64,000 nucleotides of DNA, taken from assembly GCF_006345805.1 (NCBI RefSeq), contig NW_021834230.1, positions 1 to 64,000 on the forward strand, read 5' to 3'. The DNA is from Octopus sinensis (lineage: Eukaryota). Below the pieces are notes generated by a model, which worked only from the letters and a program-made list of their open reading frames with translations, was not told where the DNA came from and ran no database searches. The translations under genes and the position numbers were made by a program. Shown one piece after another: positions 1 through 12,235 of this stretch. How positions within the stretch are numbered: the stretch's first letter is position 1; each line of letters begins with the position of its first letter.

Positions 1-175
1 TGTCAAGCAGTGGTAGGGGTACAAAGAAAGACACAACGACATGCACACACAGGTGGGCACATAAGTGCATAACATGGTGGATAACTGGCTTGCCAGACCC
101 CAGTTGAACCGTCCAACCCATGCCAGCATGGAAAGTAGATGCTAAATGAAGATGATGATGATATATATGTATATA

Positions 176-221
<46 letters not shown>

Positions 222-397
222 GCTTCTTTCAGTTTCTGTCTATCAAATCCACTCACAAAGCTATGGTTGGCCTGAGGCTATAGTAGATGACACTTGCCCA
301 AGGTGACATGCAGTGGGACTGAACCCAGAACCAGGTGGTTGGGAAGCAAGATTCTTACCACACAGCCATGCTTGTGCCTATATATATATATATCCAG

Positions 398-628
398 TAC
401 CCCTGGACTGGCTCCCATGCCGGTGTCACGTAAAAAGCACCATCTGAATATGGTCGATGCCAGGTCCGCCTGACTGGTTCTTGTGCCAGTGGCACGTAAA
501 AAGCACCCACTACACTCTCGGCGTGGTTGGCGTTAGGAAGGGCATCCAGCTGTAGAAACACTGCCAGACCCCAGTTGAACCGTCCAACCCATGCTAGCAT
601 GGAAAACGGACGTTAAACGATGATGATG

Positions 629-630
<2 letters not shown>
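398..630 (+). mobile_element. Dispersed repeat family D (GTGGCACGTAAAAAGCACC modules, GGCGTTAGGAAGGGCATCC core, (GAT)n tail)
   Basis: Same core and (GAT)n tail recur at 2870-3254, 14690-15133, 23605-23975 and elsewhere; here it sits inside a minus-strand family A SINE. Confidence 0.7.
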
Positions 631-684
<54 letters not shown>

Positions 685-1033
685 AGTGGCTTACTAGTGC
701 AAATTACACACTTCTCTTTGTTATCTGTCCCCATTATCTTCTCACCTGTATATATATATATCAAACCTTGGGAGTGGCATTATGCTGGTAATGATAAACA
801 TGTTCTGGTTTGGTCATTTATTGTAGTTGTTGTTCAGTATTGTTTGTGATGTCATGCAGTGGAAGTAGAGAGGTGTGTCACTGAATAGATTGCAACACAA
901 ACGATAGCAATAAAGGACTGTACCAGTGTGTGTGTTTATAATTACTGGCATGATGCCCCTCCCAAGGTTCAATAGTATCTCTTTCAACACACGAATTCAC
1001 ACCAGTAATCTTGCAAAACCAAATACAGATATG

Positions 1034-1078
<45 letters not shown>

Positions 1079-1083
1079 GTATA

Positions 1084-1457
1084 TCTTAAGCTGAAGTTGT
1101 CTGTCTGTGTGTGGCAGGTTTGGTAGCCTTCAACTAACACTATCTCCTCCGAGACCATGCGGCGCAAGTTGACCAAAATTCAGAGTATGATAGAAGAAGG
1201 CTTGCTCTTCATTCTGTAGAAGAAAAAATTCAAATCGGACCATGTTAACACCAAAGATTATTTAAATCAAAAAGGTGATTTTTTTTCTATGAAAATCCCT
1301 ATTTTTTGATGATCTTTTTTTTTACTGCTGTGTCACCATTTTTCGGTGTATTTCAACAAGAAAAATGTTCACTTAAAGAGAACAACAAGCTACATAATGC
1401 AAAAGTTTTACTTTTCAAAAATTCCAATTCTAAAGGGTTGAAACAAACCCGAGCAAC
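1084..1457 (+). mobile_element. Non-autonomous Helitron-like element, 3' end truncated
   Basis: Starts TC..CTGAAGTTGT and ends ACAAACCCGAGCAAC, like the complete copy at 11810-12215. Confidence 0.55.
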
Positions 1458-1599
1458 AAAATAAATATACATATATTATATATATATATATATATATACA
1501 TATATATAATATTAATAAAAATATACATACACTCTCATTTTGAGTTCTATTTTTCCTGTTTACATCACCATACCTACACACACACACACACACAGGTAA

Positions 1600-1985
1600 G
1601 CACTCAGAACTCAAATACTAAAGATAGATTAGATTGCTATTTTAATGAAACTCGAAAAAAGAAAAGTTTCCAAACTGTGACTCAACGATTCACGTAAACC
1701 ATTCATCAGCCGCGATGGGATGAGTCAAGACTAATCTCAGCCGACTGATGATTAATCGTGTGAAACTCTGAGTAATTTTTTGTGGAGAGTTTTGTGGCTT
1801 TAACAAAACTACAGAGATCGCTAACCACTAAACCTTTTTCTATTTTCTCTCCCTGTTTATTTCTGTGTTCCTTTCTGTTGAAGAGCGTAGGCTCGAAACG
1901 TAAAGGACTTTCTCACTTCCTGAGCATTAAACTAATACATCTGTTTGTTTTGTACACCACCCTTCTTCGTCTTTTGGTTTTTTTT
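1600..1985 (+). mobile_element. Penelope-like fragment with a mutated hammerhead motif
   Basis: CCTTT-CTGTTGA-A-GAGC-GTAG-GCTC-GAAACGTA-AAGG at 1870-1906 (core A6 changed to T). Confidence 0.5.
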
Positions 1986-2053
1986 TTTGTAAATTCTCAC
2001 TATATATATGTGTGTGTATATATATATATATATATAATATATTATATATATGT

Positions 2054-2092
<39 letters not shown>

Positions 2093-2155
2093 GTGTATAT
2101 ATATAATATGTATACATGTGTATATATATATATATATGGATATATATGTGTGTGT

Positions 2156-2191
<36 letters not shown>

Positions 2192-2390
2192 GTATGTATA
2201 TATAAAAGCACCCACTACACTCTCGGAGTGGTTGGCGTTAGGAAACTCTGTAGAAACTCTGCCAGATCAAGATTGGAGCCTGGTGCAGCCATCTGGTTCG
2301 CCAGCCCTCAGTCAAATCATCGAACACATACTAGCATGGAAAGCGGACGTTAAATGGTGATGATGATATATATATATATATATGTTTACG

Positions 2391-2774
2391 GGTGCAGGAG
2401 TGGCTGTGTGCTAAGAAGCTTTACTTCCCAACCACATGGTTCCGGGTTCAGTCCCACTGCATGGCACTTTGGTCAAGTGTCTTCTACTATAGCCTCACAC
2501 CAACCAAAGCCTTGTGAGTGGATTTGGTAGACGGAAACTGAAAGAAGCCTGTCATATGTTCGTGTGTGTGTGTGTGTGTCTGTGTTTGTCCCTTTCACCA
2601 TCGCTTGACAACCGATGCTGGTTTGTTTACATCCCTGTAACTTAGCAGTTCAGCAAAAGACACTGATAGGATAAGTACTAGGCTTACAAAGAATGAGTTC
2701 TGGGGTTCATTTTGTTCGACTAAAGATGGTGTTCCAGCATGGCCACAGTCAAATGACTGAAACAAATAAAAGAG
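2391..2774 (+). mobile_element. SINE family A (tRNA-like head, CCTTGGGCAAGTG core, internal microsatellite, AAGTAAAAGAG tail)
   Basis: Full match to the many other copies in the window. Confidence 0.85.
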
Positions 2775-2869
2775 TATTTCACTTCTTCATTGAAGAGAAC
2801 AGTAAAATATAATTAATTTAATTTAATCAAATTAATTTAATTATTCTCATCCGACGACAGGCACCCATG

Positions 2870-3254
2870 CCAACCCCCTTTGCTTGCGAAGACATGTTGG
2901 GGCAAGCGAAATCGAAATCGAAATCGAATTGAACCAGCCAGGACCCCTGGTCTGGTGGTACCTAAAAAGCACTATCCGACTCGTGGCACTATCCGACTGG
3001 CTTCCGTGCCGGTGGCACGTAAAATGCACCATTCCAACCATGGCCGTTGCCAGCCTCGCCTGGCTCCTGTGCCGGTGGCATGTAAAAAGCACCCACTACA
3101 CTCACGGAGTGGTTGGCGTTAGGAAGGGCATCCAGCTGTAGAAACATTGCCAGATAAGACTGGAGCCTGGTGCAGCCTTCTGGCTTCCCAGATCCCCGGT
3201 CAAACCGTCCAACCCATGCTAGCATGGAGAACGGACGTTAAACGATGATGATGA
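2870..3254 (+). mobile_element. Repeat family D
   Basis: Several GTGCCGGTGGCACGTAAAA modules, GGAAGGGCATCCAGCTGTAG core, (GAT)n tail. Confidence 0.75.
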
Positions 3255-3598
3255 TTCTACCATGATTTTACATGTTTAAAAGCAGTTTCATTTTATTCCT
3301 TGTTGCTGACATAATGACACAACTAGAGATCAAATAACTCTACTAACCCACACCTAAATTAAGTTAAAAATCTTGTATCTTGTTACAGTTACTGGACTGT
3401 AGCCATGCTGGGACACTAGCTTGAAGGTAAGTCAACCAAATCGACCACTGGACTTCATTATTTCTTTTTGTATGTCTCCTACTTATTATATCGGTCTCCT
3501 TTTACCGGACCGCTAGTTTACAGGGCGTAAACAAACCATCACTGGTTGCAAGCAGTGCTGGAGGCATAAACACACACGTGTATATGTGTGTGTGTGTG

Positions 3599-3897
3599 TG
3601 GAGGTGCAATGGCCCAGTGGTTAGGGCAGCGGACTCGCAGTCGTAGGATCGCGGTTTCGATTCCCAGACTGGGCGTTGTGAGTGTTTATTGAGCGAAAAC
3701 ACCTAAAGCTCCACGGGGCTCTGGCAGGGGGTGGTAGCGATCCCTGCTGTACTCTTTCACCACTCTTTCTTCTGTTGGCCTGCTCGCTTAGCCAAGGGAT
3801 GGTGTCATTTGAAGGCTAAAAGCAATGCGAAGCGCATTGTGACAAGCGATGTGTAGCAAAATCTGATAGCCTGGTCGGTGACAGTAATCACGGTGAT
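3599..3897 (+). mobile_element. SINE family B (tRNA head GGAGGTGCAATGGCCCAGTGGTTAGG), alternative tail
   Basis: A box TGGCCCAGTGG and B box GGTTTCGATTCC; tail differs from the copies at 5736 and 24546. Confidence 0.8.
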
Positions 3898-4159
3898 ATA
3901 TATATATATATATATATATAAATATAATAAAAGGCTTCCAAATAAGGAAGCGTAGTGCTAGAAACACAAAAAGGGATAAATTCATGAAAGGAATGGAATT
4001 TAAAATTAACCTGGCCTGGCAAATATATTCTGTTTGTTTGCTAAAAATAGGTAGAAACCGTTCAGTCCGGGATATAGCTGAGATGGTAAATGTTTTCAAT
4101 TTTCATTCCTTTCATGAATTTATCCCTTTTTGTGTTTCTAGCACTACGCTTCTTTATTT

Positions 4160-4318
4160 GGAGTGGCTGTGTGGTAAGTAGCTTGCTAACCAACCACATG
4201 GTTGCGGGTTCAGTCCCACTGCGTGGCATCTTGGGCAAGTGTCTTCTGCTATAGACCTGGGCCGACTAATGCCTTGTGAGTGGATTTGGTAGACGGAAAC
4301 TGAAAGAAGCCTGTCGTA

Positions 4319-4363
<45 letters not shown>

Positions 4364-4584
4364 GCGTGTGTGTTTGTGTGTCTGTGTTTGTCCCCCTAGC
4401 ATTGCTTGACAACCGATGCTGGTGTGTTTACATCTCCATCACTTAGCGGTTCGGCAAAAGAGACTGATAGAATAAGTACTAGGCTTACAAAGAATAAGTC
4501 CCGGGGTCGATTTGCTCGACTAAAGGCGGTGCTCCAGCATGGCCGCAGTCAAGTGACTGAAACAAGTAAAAGAGAGTAAAAGAG
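4160..4584 (+). mobile_element. SINE family A inserted in the right palindrome arm
   Basis: Family A sequence that has no counterpart in the left arm. Confidence 0.85.
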
Positions 4585-4591
4585 TATATAT

Positions 4592-4908
4592 ATATCACCG
4601 TGATCACCGTGACCGACCAGGCTATCAGATTTTGCTACACATCGCTGGTCACAATGCGCTTCGCATTGTTTTAGCCTTCAAATGACGCCACCCCGCTGGC
4701 TGAGCGAGCCGGCCAACAGAAGAAAGAGTGAGAGAAAGTTGTGGCGAAAGGATACACCAGGGATTGCCACCCCCCACGCCCCTGCTGGAGCCTCGTGGAG
4801 CTTTAAGTGTTTTCACGCAATAAACACTCACAACGCCCGGTCTGGGAATTGAAACCGCGATCCTACGACCGCGATTCCGCTGCCCTAACCACTGGGCCAT
4901 TGCACCTC
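4592..4908 (-). mobile_element. SINE family B, alternative tail (mirror of 3599-3897)
   Basis: Reverse complement of the family B head and the same tail type. Confidence 0.8.
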
Positions 4909-5270
4909 CACACACACATACATGTGTGTGTTTATGCCTCCAGCACTGCTTGCAACCAGTGATGGTTTGTTTACGCCCTGTAAACTAGCGGTCCGGTAAA
5001 AGGCGACCGATATAATAAGTGGGAGACATACAAAAAGAAATAATGAAGTCCAGTGGTCGATTTGGTTGACTTACCTTCAAGCTAGTGTCCCAGTATGGCT
5101 ACAGTCCAGTAACTGTAACAAGATACAAGATTTTTCACTTAATTTAGGTGTGGGTTAGTAGAGTTATTTGATCTCTAGTCGTGTCATTGCGTCAGCAACA
5201 ATGAATAAAATGAAACTGTATTTTAACATTTTCAAACTTGGTTCATTATTATTATTATTATCATTATTAT

Positions 5271-5685
5271 GGCGCAGGAGTGGCTGTGTGGTAAGTAGCT
5301 TGTTTACCAACCACATGGTTCCGGGTTCAGTCCTACTGCGTGGCACCTTGGCCAAATGTCTTCTACTATAGCCTCAGGCTGACCAAAGCCTTGTGAGTGG
5401 ATTTGGTAGACGGAAACTGAAAGAGGCCCATCCTATATATGTATATGTATATATGTATATGTATGTGCGTGTGTGTTTGTGTGTCTGTGTTTGTCCCCCT
5501 AGCATTGCTTGACAACCGATGCTGGTGTGTTTACGTCCCCGTCACTTAGCGGTTCGGCAAAAGAGACCGATAGAATAAGTACTGGGCTTACAAAGAATAA
5601 GTCCCGGGGTCGATTTCCTCGACTAAAAGGCGGTGCTCCAGCATGGCCACAGTCAAATGACTGAAACAAGTAAAAGAGTAAAGAG
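5271..5685 (+). mobile_element. SINE family A
   Basis: Full-length match to the family. Confidence 0.85.
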
Positions 5686-5735
5686 TATAAGAAAAACGTG
5701 GAAATTTTACCTGTGAGTTTGTTATATTATAAGGT

Positions 5736-6117
5736 GGAGGTGCAATGGCCCAGTGGTTAGGGCAATGGACTCGCGGTCATAGGATCGTGGTTTCGATTCC
5801 CAGACCGGGCATTGTGAGTGTTTATTGAGCGAAAACACCTAAAAGCTCCACGAGGCTCCGGCAGGGATGGTGGTGATCCCTGCTGTACTCTTTTATCACA
5901 ACTTTCTCTCACTCTTACTTCCTGTTTCTGTTGTACCTGTATTTCAAAGGGCCGGCCTTGTCACTCTCTGTGTCACGCTGAATATCCCCCGAGAACTACG
6001 TTAAGGGTGCACGTGTCTGTGGAGTGCTCAGCCACTTACACGTTAATTTCACAAGCAGGCTGCTCCGTTGATTCGGATCAACCGGAACGCTCGTCGTCGT
6101 AACCGACGGAGTGCTTC
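5736..6117 (+). mobile_element. SINE family B, full length
   Basis: tRNA head with A/B boxes; TATATTATAAGG repeated on both sides (TSD). Confidence 0.85.
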
Positions 6118-6580
6118 CCCTATATTATAAGGCACAAAAAGAAAATGACTCTTTCCAGACACAATACAAAAAAGTATGTTCTAGAAACATGGAGATGTAG
6201 TGAAAGATACAGAAATAAATTTTGTTTTATTCTCAGACAAGTGACAAGGCTAACAAAAACGTGTGAACAAGATAAATTATCCATACCTGGCAGAAAAACA
6301 CGTTTTGTCCTGTGCTGGACATAATTTTTGTGGTTAATAAAGAAATTATTATCGTTAATGTCACTTCGACAAGTTTGCTGCTAGTAACCAAGTAATGCCT
6401 TATTGATTTGAGATCACGACTTTTGCCCTCTTCCCCCACCACCCCCTCTCTGTCTGTGTTTCATATGTTATTCTGTAGTGTTTGCCACCAGAGTGACTCA
6501 TCTCTTTAATCTACCTGTGTATGTCTTTATGTATAAATGTACTTTCATGGGTGAAAGAAATGAATCAGGAATATATATAA

Positions 6581-6751
6581 GGCGCAGGAGTGGCTGTGTG
6601 GTAAGTAGCTTGCTAACCAACCACAAGGTTCCGGGTTCAGTCCCACTGCGTGGCATCTTGGGCAAGTGTCTTCTGCTATAGCCCCAGGCCGACCAATGCC
6701 TTGTGAGTGGATTTGGTAGATGGAAACTGAAAGAAGCCCGTCGTATATATG

Positions 6752-6786
<35 letters not shown>

Positions 6787-7001
6787 TTGTGTATCTGTGT
6801 TTGTCCCCCTAGCATTGCTTGTCAACCGATGCTGGTGTGTTTACGTCCCCGTAACTTAGCGGTTCGGCAAAAGTGACCGATAGAATAAGTACTAGGCTTA
6901 CAGAGAATAAGTCCCGGGATCGATTTGCTTGACTAAAGGCGGTGCTCCAGCATGGCCGCAGTCAAATGACTGAAACAAGTAAAAGAGTAAAAAGTAAAGA
7001 G
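6581..7001 (+). mobile_element. SINE family A
   Basis: Full-length match to the family. Confidence 0.85.
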
Positions 7002-7002
7002 T

Positions 7003-7073
<71 letters not shown>

Positions 7074-7084
7074 ATATATATATC

Positions 7085-7119
<35 letters not shown>

Positions 7120-7120
7120 A

Positions 7121-7170
<50 letters not shown>

Positions 7171-7850
7171 AATGTGGGAAATTCAGTATGTGGGTGTGGT
7201 TGTTTGCGGAGTTATTAGCTAACTCCTACATCGTTTTATCGATTTTGATAAAACTTGACATGTAAGCAGAACTCATGTCAGAAAAACCTCATGGCATACT
7301 CAGATTGTTGGGGAAAATAAATCGATGATAAGGCCCCTGGAAGTGATCCTTATATTTTATTTTAACAGCCAGGGGAAATAACCCATTTATTTTCCTTTAT
7401 TATATGGTACAAATCAAATTGAGTATGCTTATTTCTTAGAACTGTTAGTGTTATTTTCGCAATTTATCCAGTACAACCCTTAAACAAACAAACAGTGTTT
7501 TCCTAAACAATCGATCCCCTTATTTCGGTTAGTGACTTATTCACGAATATACCATGAATGACGATGCCTTTCATGTCACTTCAGCCAATTGACAAGCACT
7601 GCATGAAGAACTGTTCTGATTTTAGTCAAATACACTGTCAACACAAAGGTCACACCCTGTTTACATGTAGGAACACTTTCTTAAAATCTATCTGCACATC
7701 TTGAAAATGGCCAGCATGTATATTTCACAGAAGACAATGCTCGAAACGTAGATCTGAATCCATGAGAAACCAATTTGGCAGCTTTCTTCAAATTATGCCA
7801 ATGTGATCTCTTTTCCCAAACACTGTTGTATGTTGAGGTCCCTGTTTACT

Positions 7851-8241
7851 GGTGGAGTGGAAGCACTCCGTCGGTTACGACGATGAGGGTTCCAGTTGAT
7901 CCGAATCAACGGAACAGCCTGCTCGTGAAATTAACGTGTAAGTGGCTGAGCACTCCACAGACACGTGCACCCTTAACATAGTTCTCGGGGATATTCAGCG
8001 TGACACAGAGAGTGACAAGGCCGGCCCCTTGAAATACAGGTACAACAGAAACAGGAAGTAAGAGTGACAGAAAGTTGTGGTGAAAGAGTACAGCAGGGAT
8101 CACCACCATCCCCTGCCGGAGCCTCGTGGAGCTTTTAGGTGTTTTCGCTCAATAAACACTCACAACGCCCGGTCTGGGAATCGAAACCGCGATCCTATGA
8201 CTGCGAGTCCGCTGCCCTAACCACTGGGCCATTGCGCCTCC
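7851..8241 (-). mobile_element. SINE family B inserted in the Helitron ORF
   Basis: 12-bp TSD TCCCTGTTTACT at 7839-7850 and 8242-8253. Confidence 0.9.
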
Positions 8242-8712
8242 TCCCTGTTTACTATACCTGGGCACACAGTAGATGGAACAGATGCAAGCTAGGAACACGC
8301 ATTGAGGGTTGGGAAGAAGATGGTGTTTCAGAAGTGGGGCCATCGGGTGGGTGTACACTGTGTACCCTAATCAGCAGGAGTGCTTCTTTCTGCATCTACT
8401 GCTGCACACTGTCAGAGGTTGTACATCATTCACAGTCTTTCGAAGACACAATGGGAAGTTTGCACGACTTATAGAGAAGCCTGCGCCAAACATGGACTAC
8501 TGGAAGACGATGCTTACTGGGACCAAACACTGGAGGAGGCAGCAGTCAGCACGGCACTAAATCAACTGTACCAGCTATTATCTATCATGTCAATGTCTTG
8601 TGGCTTGTGTAAACCACACAAGCTTCGGGCGATCCACAAAACCAGTATGGCAGAGGGGATCTAGAAAGGATTCGAAGGCAAACCTCAGCGGGAATTTCCA
8701 TGATCAATAACA

Positions 8713-9110
8713 CTCTCTTTTACTCTTTTACTTGTTTCAGTCATTTGACTGCGGCCATGCTGGAGCACCGCCTTTAATCGAGCAACTCGACCTCCCGGGA
8801 CTTATTCTTCTTGTAAGCCCAGTACTTATTCTATCGGTCTCTTTTGCTGAACCGCTAAGTAACGGGGACATAAACACACCAGCATCAGTTGTCAAGCAAT
8901 GCTAGGGGGACAAACACACATACACACATATATATATACATATATACGACGGGCTTCTTTCAGTTTCCGTCTACCAAATCCACTCACAAGGCTTTGGTCG
9001 GCCCGAGGCTATAGCAGAAGACACTTGCCCAAGGTGTCACGCAGTGGGACTGAACCCGGAATTATGTGGTTGGTAAACAAGCTACTTACCACACAGCCAC
9101 TCCTGCGCCT
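8713..9110 (-). mobile_element. SINE family A inserted in the Helitron ORF
   Basis: Reverse complement of family A. Confidence 0.85.
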
Positions 9111-9730
9111 ATTTACAATGAGGCATTACTTGATCTGGACACGCGAGTGCAAGCTATGGGAGGTCAAGGCAATTCTACATTTGGTCTGCCCCAACTGGAG
9201 CAGGCAGCAAACAATCTCGCAATTGAGTTCCTGCGATACATCAGATCTGACATTGAGGAAATGACAGCTTTTATAGCTGATAAAGAACACAAACTGATAA
9301 CGGACCAACTGGGTGCTTATAACACCATTATTTCAAGCATTGAAAATGAAAGAGGAAGTATTTTCTGTCTGGATGGTCCAGGTAGGACTGGCAAAACATT
9401 TGTCATCAACGTACTTCTGGTTAAACTGCGCCAAAAATGAAACACATTTCCATAGCAGTGGCGTCAAGTGGAATATCTGCAACTCTACCAAGTGGTAGCT
9501 GCACACACACACACAAACACACACACACACACATATATATATATAAAATATAATAAAAAAATATAAATATAAATATAAATTAGTAATTTTAAATTTTAAT
9601 AATAAAAATTTTAAATTTTATATTTTATAAATTATATAAATTATTTTTATTTTTATGGTTTGGTTTATGTTTTTCACTGTTTGATTTGCCTAAAAGTGGT
9701 TTTATCTCTAATTTAATTTATATATATAAT

Positions 9731-9925
9731 GTGACCGCGTGTGTACCAGTGGCGATTATTTTCCCTCTGTCTTCCCTTCTCTGGATCTTTCCTTCTCCTA
9801 TGTTTCCGATGAAGAGCTCCGCTCGAAACGTTAGACCCTCCTTCTTTCCTGAGCGTCCAATAATACTATATTTGTTCCACGTCCTCGCGTTGTGTTTTTT
9901 TTGTGCTTTCTTGTTTGGATTAACT
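9731..9925 (+). mobile_element. Penelope-like fragment with a hammerhead-like motif
   Basis: TGTTT-CCGATGA-A-GAGC-TCC-GCTC-GAAACGTT-AGAC at 9801-9836; reverse copy at 57372-57570. Confidence 0.6.
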
Positions 9926-9940
9926 TTATATATATATATA

Positions 9941-10311
9941 GGCGCAGGAGTGTCTGTGTGGTAAGTAGCTTGCTAACCAACCACATGGTTCCGGGTTCAG
10001 TCCCACTGCATGGCACCTTGGGCAAGTGTCTTCTACTATAGCCTCGGGCCGACCAAAGCCTTGTGAGTGGATTTGGTAGACGGAAACTGAAAGAAGCCTG
10101 TCATATATATGTATATATATATGTGTGTGTTTGTGTGTCTGTGTTTGTCCCCCTGGTATGTTTACGTCCCTGTCACTTAGCGGTTCGGCAAAAGGGACCG
10201 ATAGAATAAGTACTGGGCTTACAAAGAATAAGTCCCGGGGTCAATTTTCTCAACTAAAAGGCGGTGCTCCAGCATGGCCGCAGTCAAATGACTGAAACAA
10301 GTAAAAGAGAG
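9941..10311 (+). mobile_element. SINE family A
   Basis: Match to the family with a small internal deletion. Confidence 0.85.
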
Positions 10312-10410
10312 TATATATATATTCCATGAATCGAACTTTCTTCAATGCAGTTAATCCTACAACCTCTGTTGTATCTACCCTTTTCGATGTTTGGGAATTC
10401 TCTGATATTT

Positions 10411-10498
10411 TTTCGGCTGACGAGTACGAGCCATCTGTATTCACTGCATTTTTTGTAGCTTATTAAAGATGTCCTCGTACGAAACGATCGTACCGAGA
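10411..10498 (+). ncRNA. Type I hammerhead ribozyme motif (canonical core)
   Basis: Stem I TTTCGG/CCGAGA, CTGACGA, stem II GTACGAG/CTCGTAC, GAAA, palindromic CGATCG, GUA site (cleavage after 10492). Confidence 0.8.
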
Positions 10499-10525
10499 TT
10501 TTAATCCATTCTTGTTGCTTTTTTC

Positions 10526-10529
<4 letters not shown>

Positions 10530-10572
<43 letters not shown>

Positions 10573-10855
10573 TATATATACACACACATATATATACACA
10601 CACATATATATACACACACATATATATACACACACATATATATACACACACATATATATATACACACATATATATATATACACACATATATATATATACA
10701 CACATATATATATACACACATATATATATACACACATATATATATACACACATATATATACACACATATATATACACATATATATATACACATATATATA
10801 CATATATATATACACATATATATATACACATATATATACACATATATATATATAC

Positions 10856-10886
<31 letters not shown>

Positions 10887-10901
10887 CATATATATATATA
10901 C

Positions 10902-10984
<83 letters not shown>

Positions 10985-10985
10985 T
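10530..10985. repeat. Compound (TA)n/(CA)n microsatellite
   Basis: Direct reading. Confidence 0.95.
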
Positions 10986-11809
10986 TGAGCTGACGATAGA
11001 AATGCTGATTTTATTTGGCTAATCTTGAAACGTTGACGTACTCAAACGATCTATGTACTTGTGATATTTTTCTGTATTTACCTCCAAACCTTCGTGGGCT
11101 GTCTGGAGTAAACATTATCTGAGACAAATTTTCTTTAAGTTGTAGAAATGCTAAGAAAATTTTTTTTGGCTGCTATTTCTACTAAGTTCAGTATGTGGCA
11201 AAGTAATTTATTTTACTAAGCCCTAATTATATAATGTAAAATTTTGAATTCGCTTTAAATGGTCCTTTTACATACTGAACACTTGGTGAAATTGATTGAT
11301 TAATTAATTAATTTTACCCTCAATTGTTGATGTATATATATATATATATATAGTGAGAGAGAGATAGACACGAGACATGCATACGTGTGGGTGTATATAT
11401 GTATGTTTATCTCCTTTAGATACGCATGTTTGTTTGTATGCGGACATATCTTGATTATTTACTCATTAATTGTATTATAAAAGTGCTCGTTATCACATCA
11501 ATACGTGGACGCAAGATAACATTTCCGAGTTCATTGATTTGACATCGTTTTTCCAATACCAGCCAACGAGCGTACTAATTATTCTCGCAAAAGAAGATAA
11601 ATTGATTTCACTGACAACTCATATTTTTTTCCCAGATATCCATTACGTTTAAGTCTCCACGTTTTCGCTCCTTTTAAATGTCTAAAAATCTCCATCACCT
11701 TTTGAAGTGGAAACTACATGACATGTGCAAAAACAACACAAAATTTTTTGCTGCGTTTGTCCAACTGCCATCTGACAACGTTTTATTACCCTCACTAATT
11801 AATAAGTAA

Positions 11810-12215
11810 TATATATATATATATATAAAACTGAAGTTGTGTGAGAGTCTGTCTCCTCCGATGTAGATTCCTAACTACTCCCACATTTTGCGGTGCAGTG
11901 TAACCAAAACCGGGTATCTTATAGTCGTGATTCATATCAAGCCCTTCTGGGTATTAGCACGCGTCTACGATGAGTCTACGATTTAAAAAAAAATTTACCA
12001 TAATTTTTTTCCATTTTAATGCATTTTTTCGCTATTATATAAGGGAAGTAACTCTCTAAAAATGTCTACGATGAGTCAACGATTTAAAAAAAATTTACCA
12101 TCATTTTTTTCCATTTTTAATGCATTTTTTTGCTATTTTTTGGCTATAACTCTCTAAAAATGCTTATATAGTTATTTCCCTTACAAACCCGAGCAACGCC
12201 GGGCGATACTGCTAG
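11810..12215 (+). mobile_element. Non-autonomous Helitron
   Basis: 3' hairpin CCCG-AGCAACG-CCGGG (12188-12203) followed by terminal CTAG (12212-12215) then T. Confidence 0.75.
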
Positions 12216-12235
12216 TATATATATATATATATATA

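Larger units (their letters stand above)
3272..5229. repeat. ~2-kb imperfect palindrome (inverted duplication)
   Basis: 3272-4006 is the reverse complement of 4093-4160 plus 4586-5229; a family A SINE interrupts the right arm. Confidence 0.85.
7545..9500 (+). pseudogene. Helitron Rep-helicase (PIF1-like) fossil split by two SINEs
   Basis: Fragments HLENGQHVYFTEDNA, FFKLCQCDLFSQTLLYVEVPVY|YTW, YREACAKHGLLEDDAYWDQTLEEA, IYNEAL, Walker A CLDGPGRTGKTF and an IAVASSGISAT-like motif; frameshifts and stops. Confidence 0.85.

Noticed and set aside
1740-1780. CTGATGA...GAAA hammerhead-like string
   Set aside because: No stem I or stem II pairing
5736-5810. tRNA genes at the heads of SINE families
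   Set aside because: A/B boxes are present but there is no complete acceptor stem; they continue into SINE bodies bounded by TSDs
10501-10988. Long YI/CV/HT-rich ORFs here and at 1782-2360, 31377-31778, 54315-56509 and 61458-63736
   Set aside because: Translations of TA/CA/TG microsatellites, which lack stop codons in some frames
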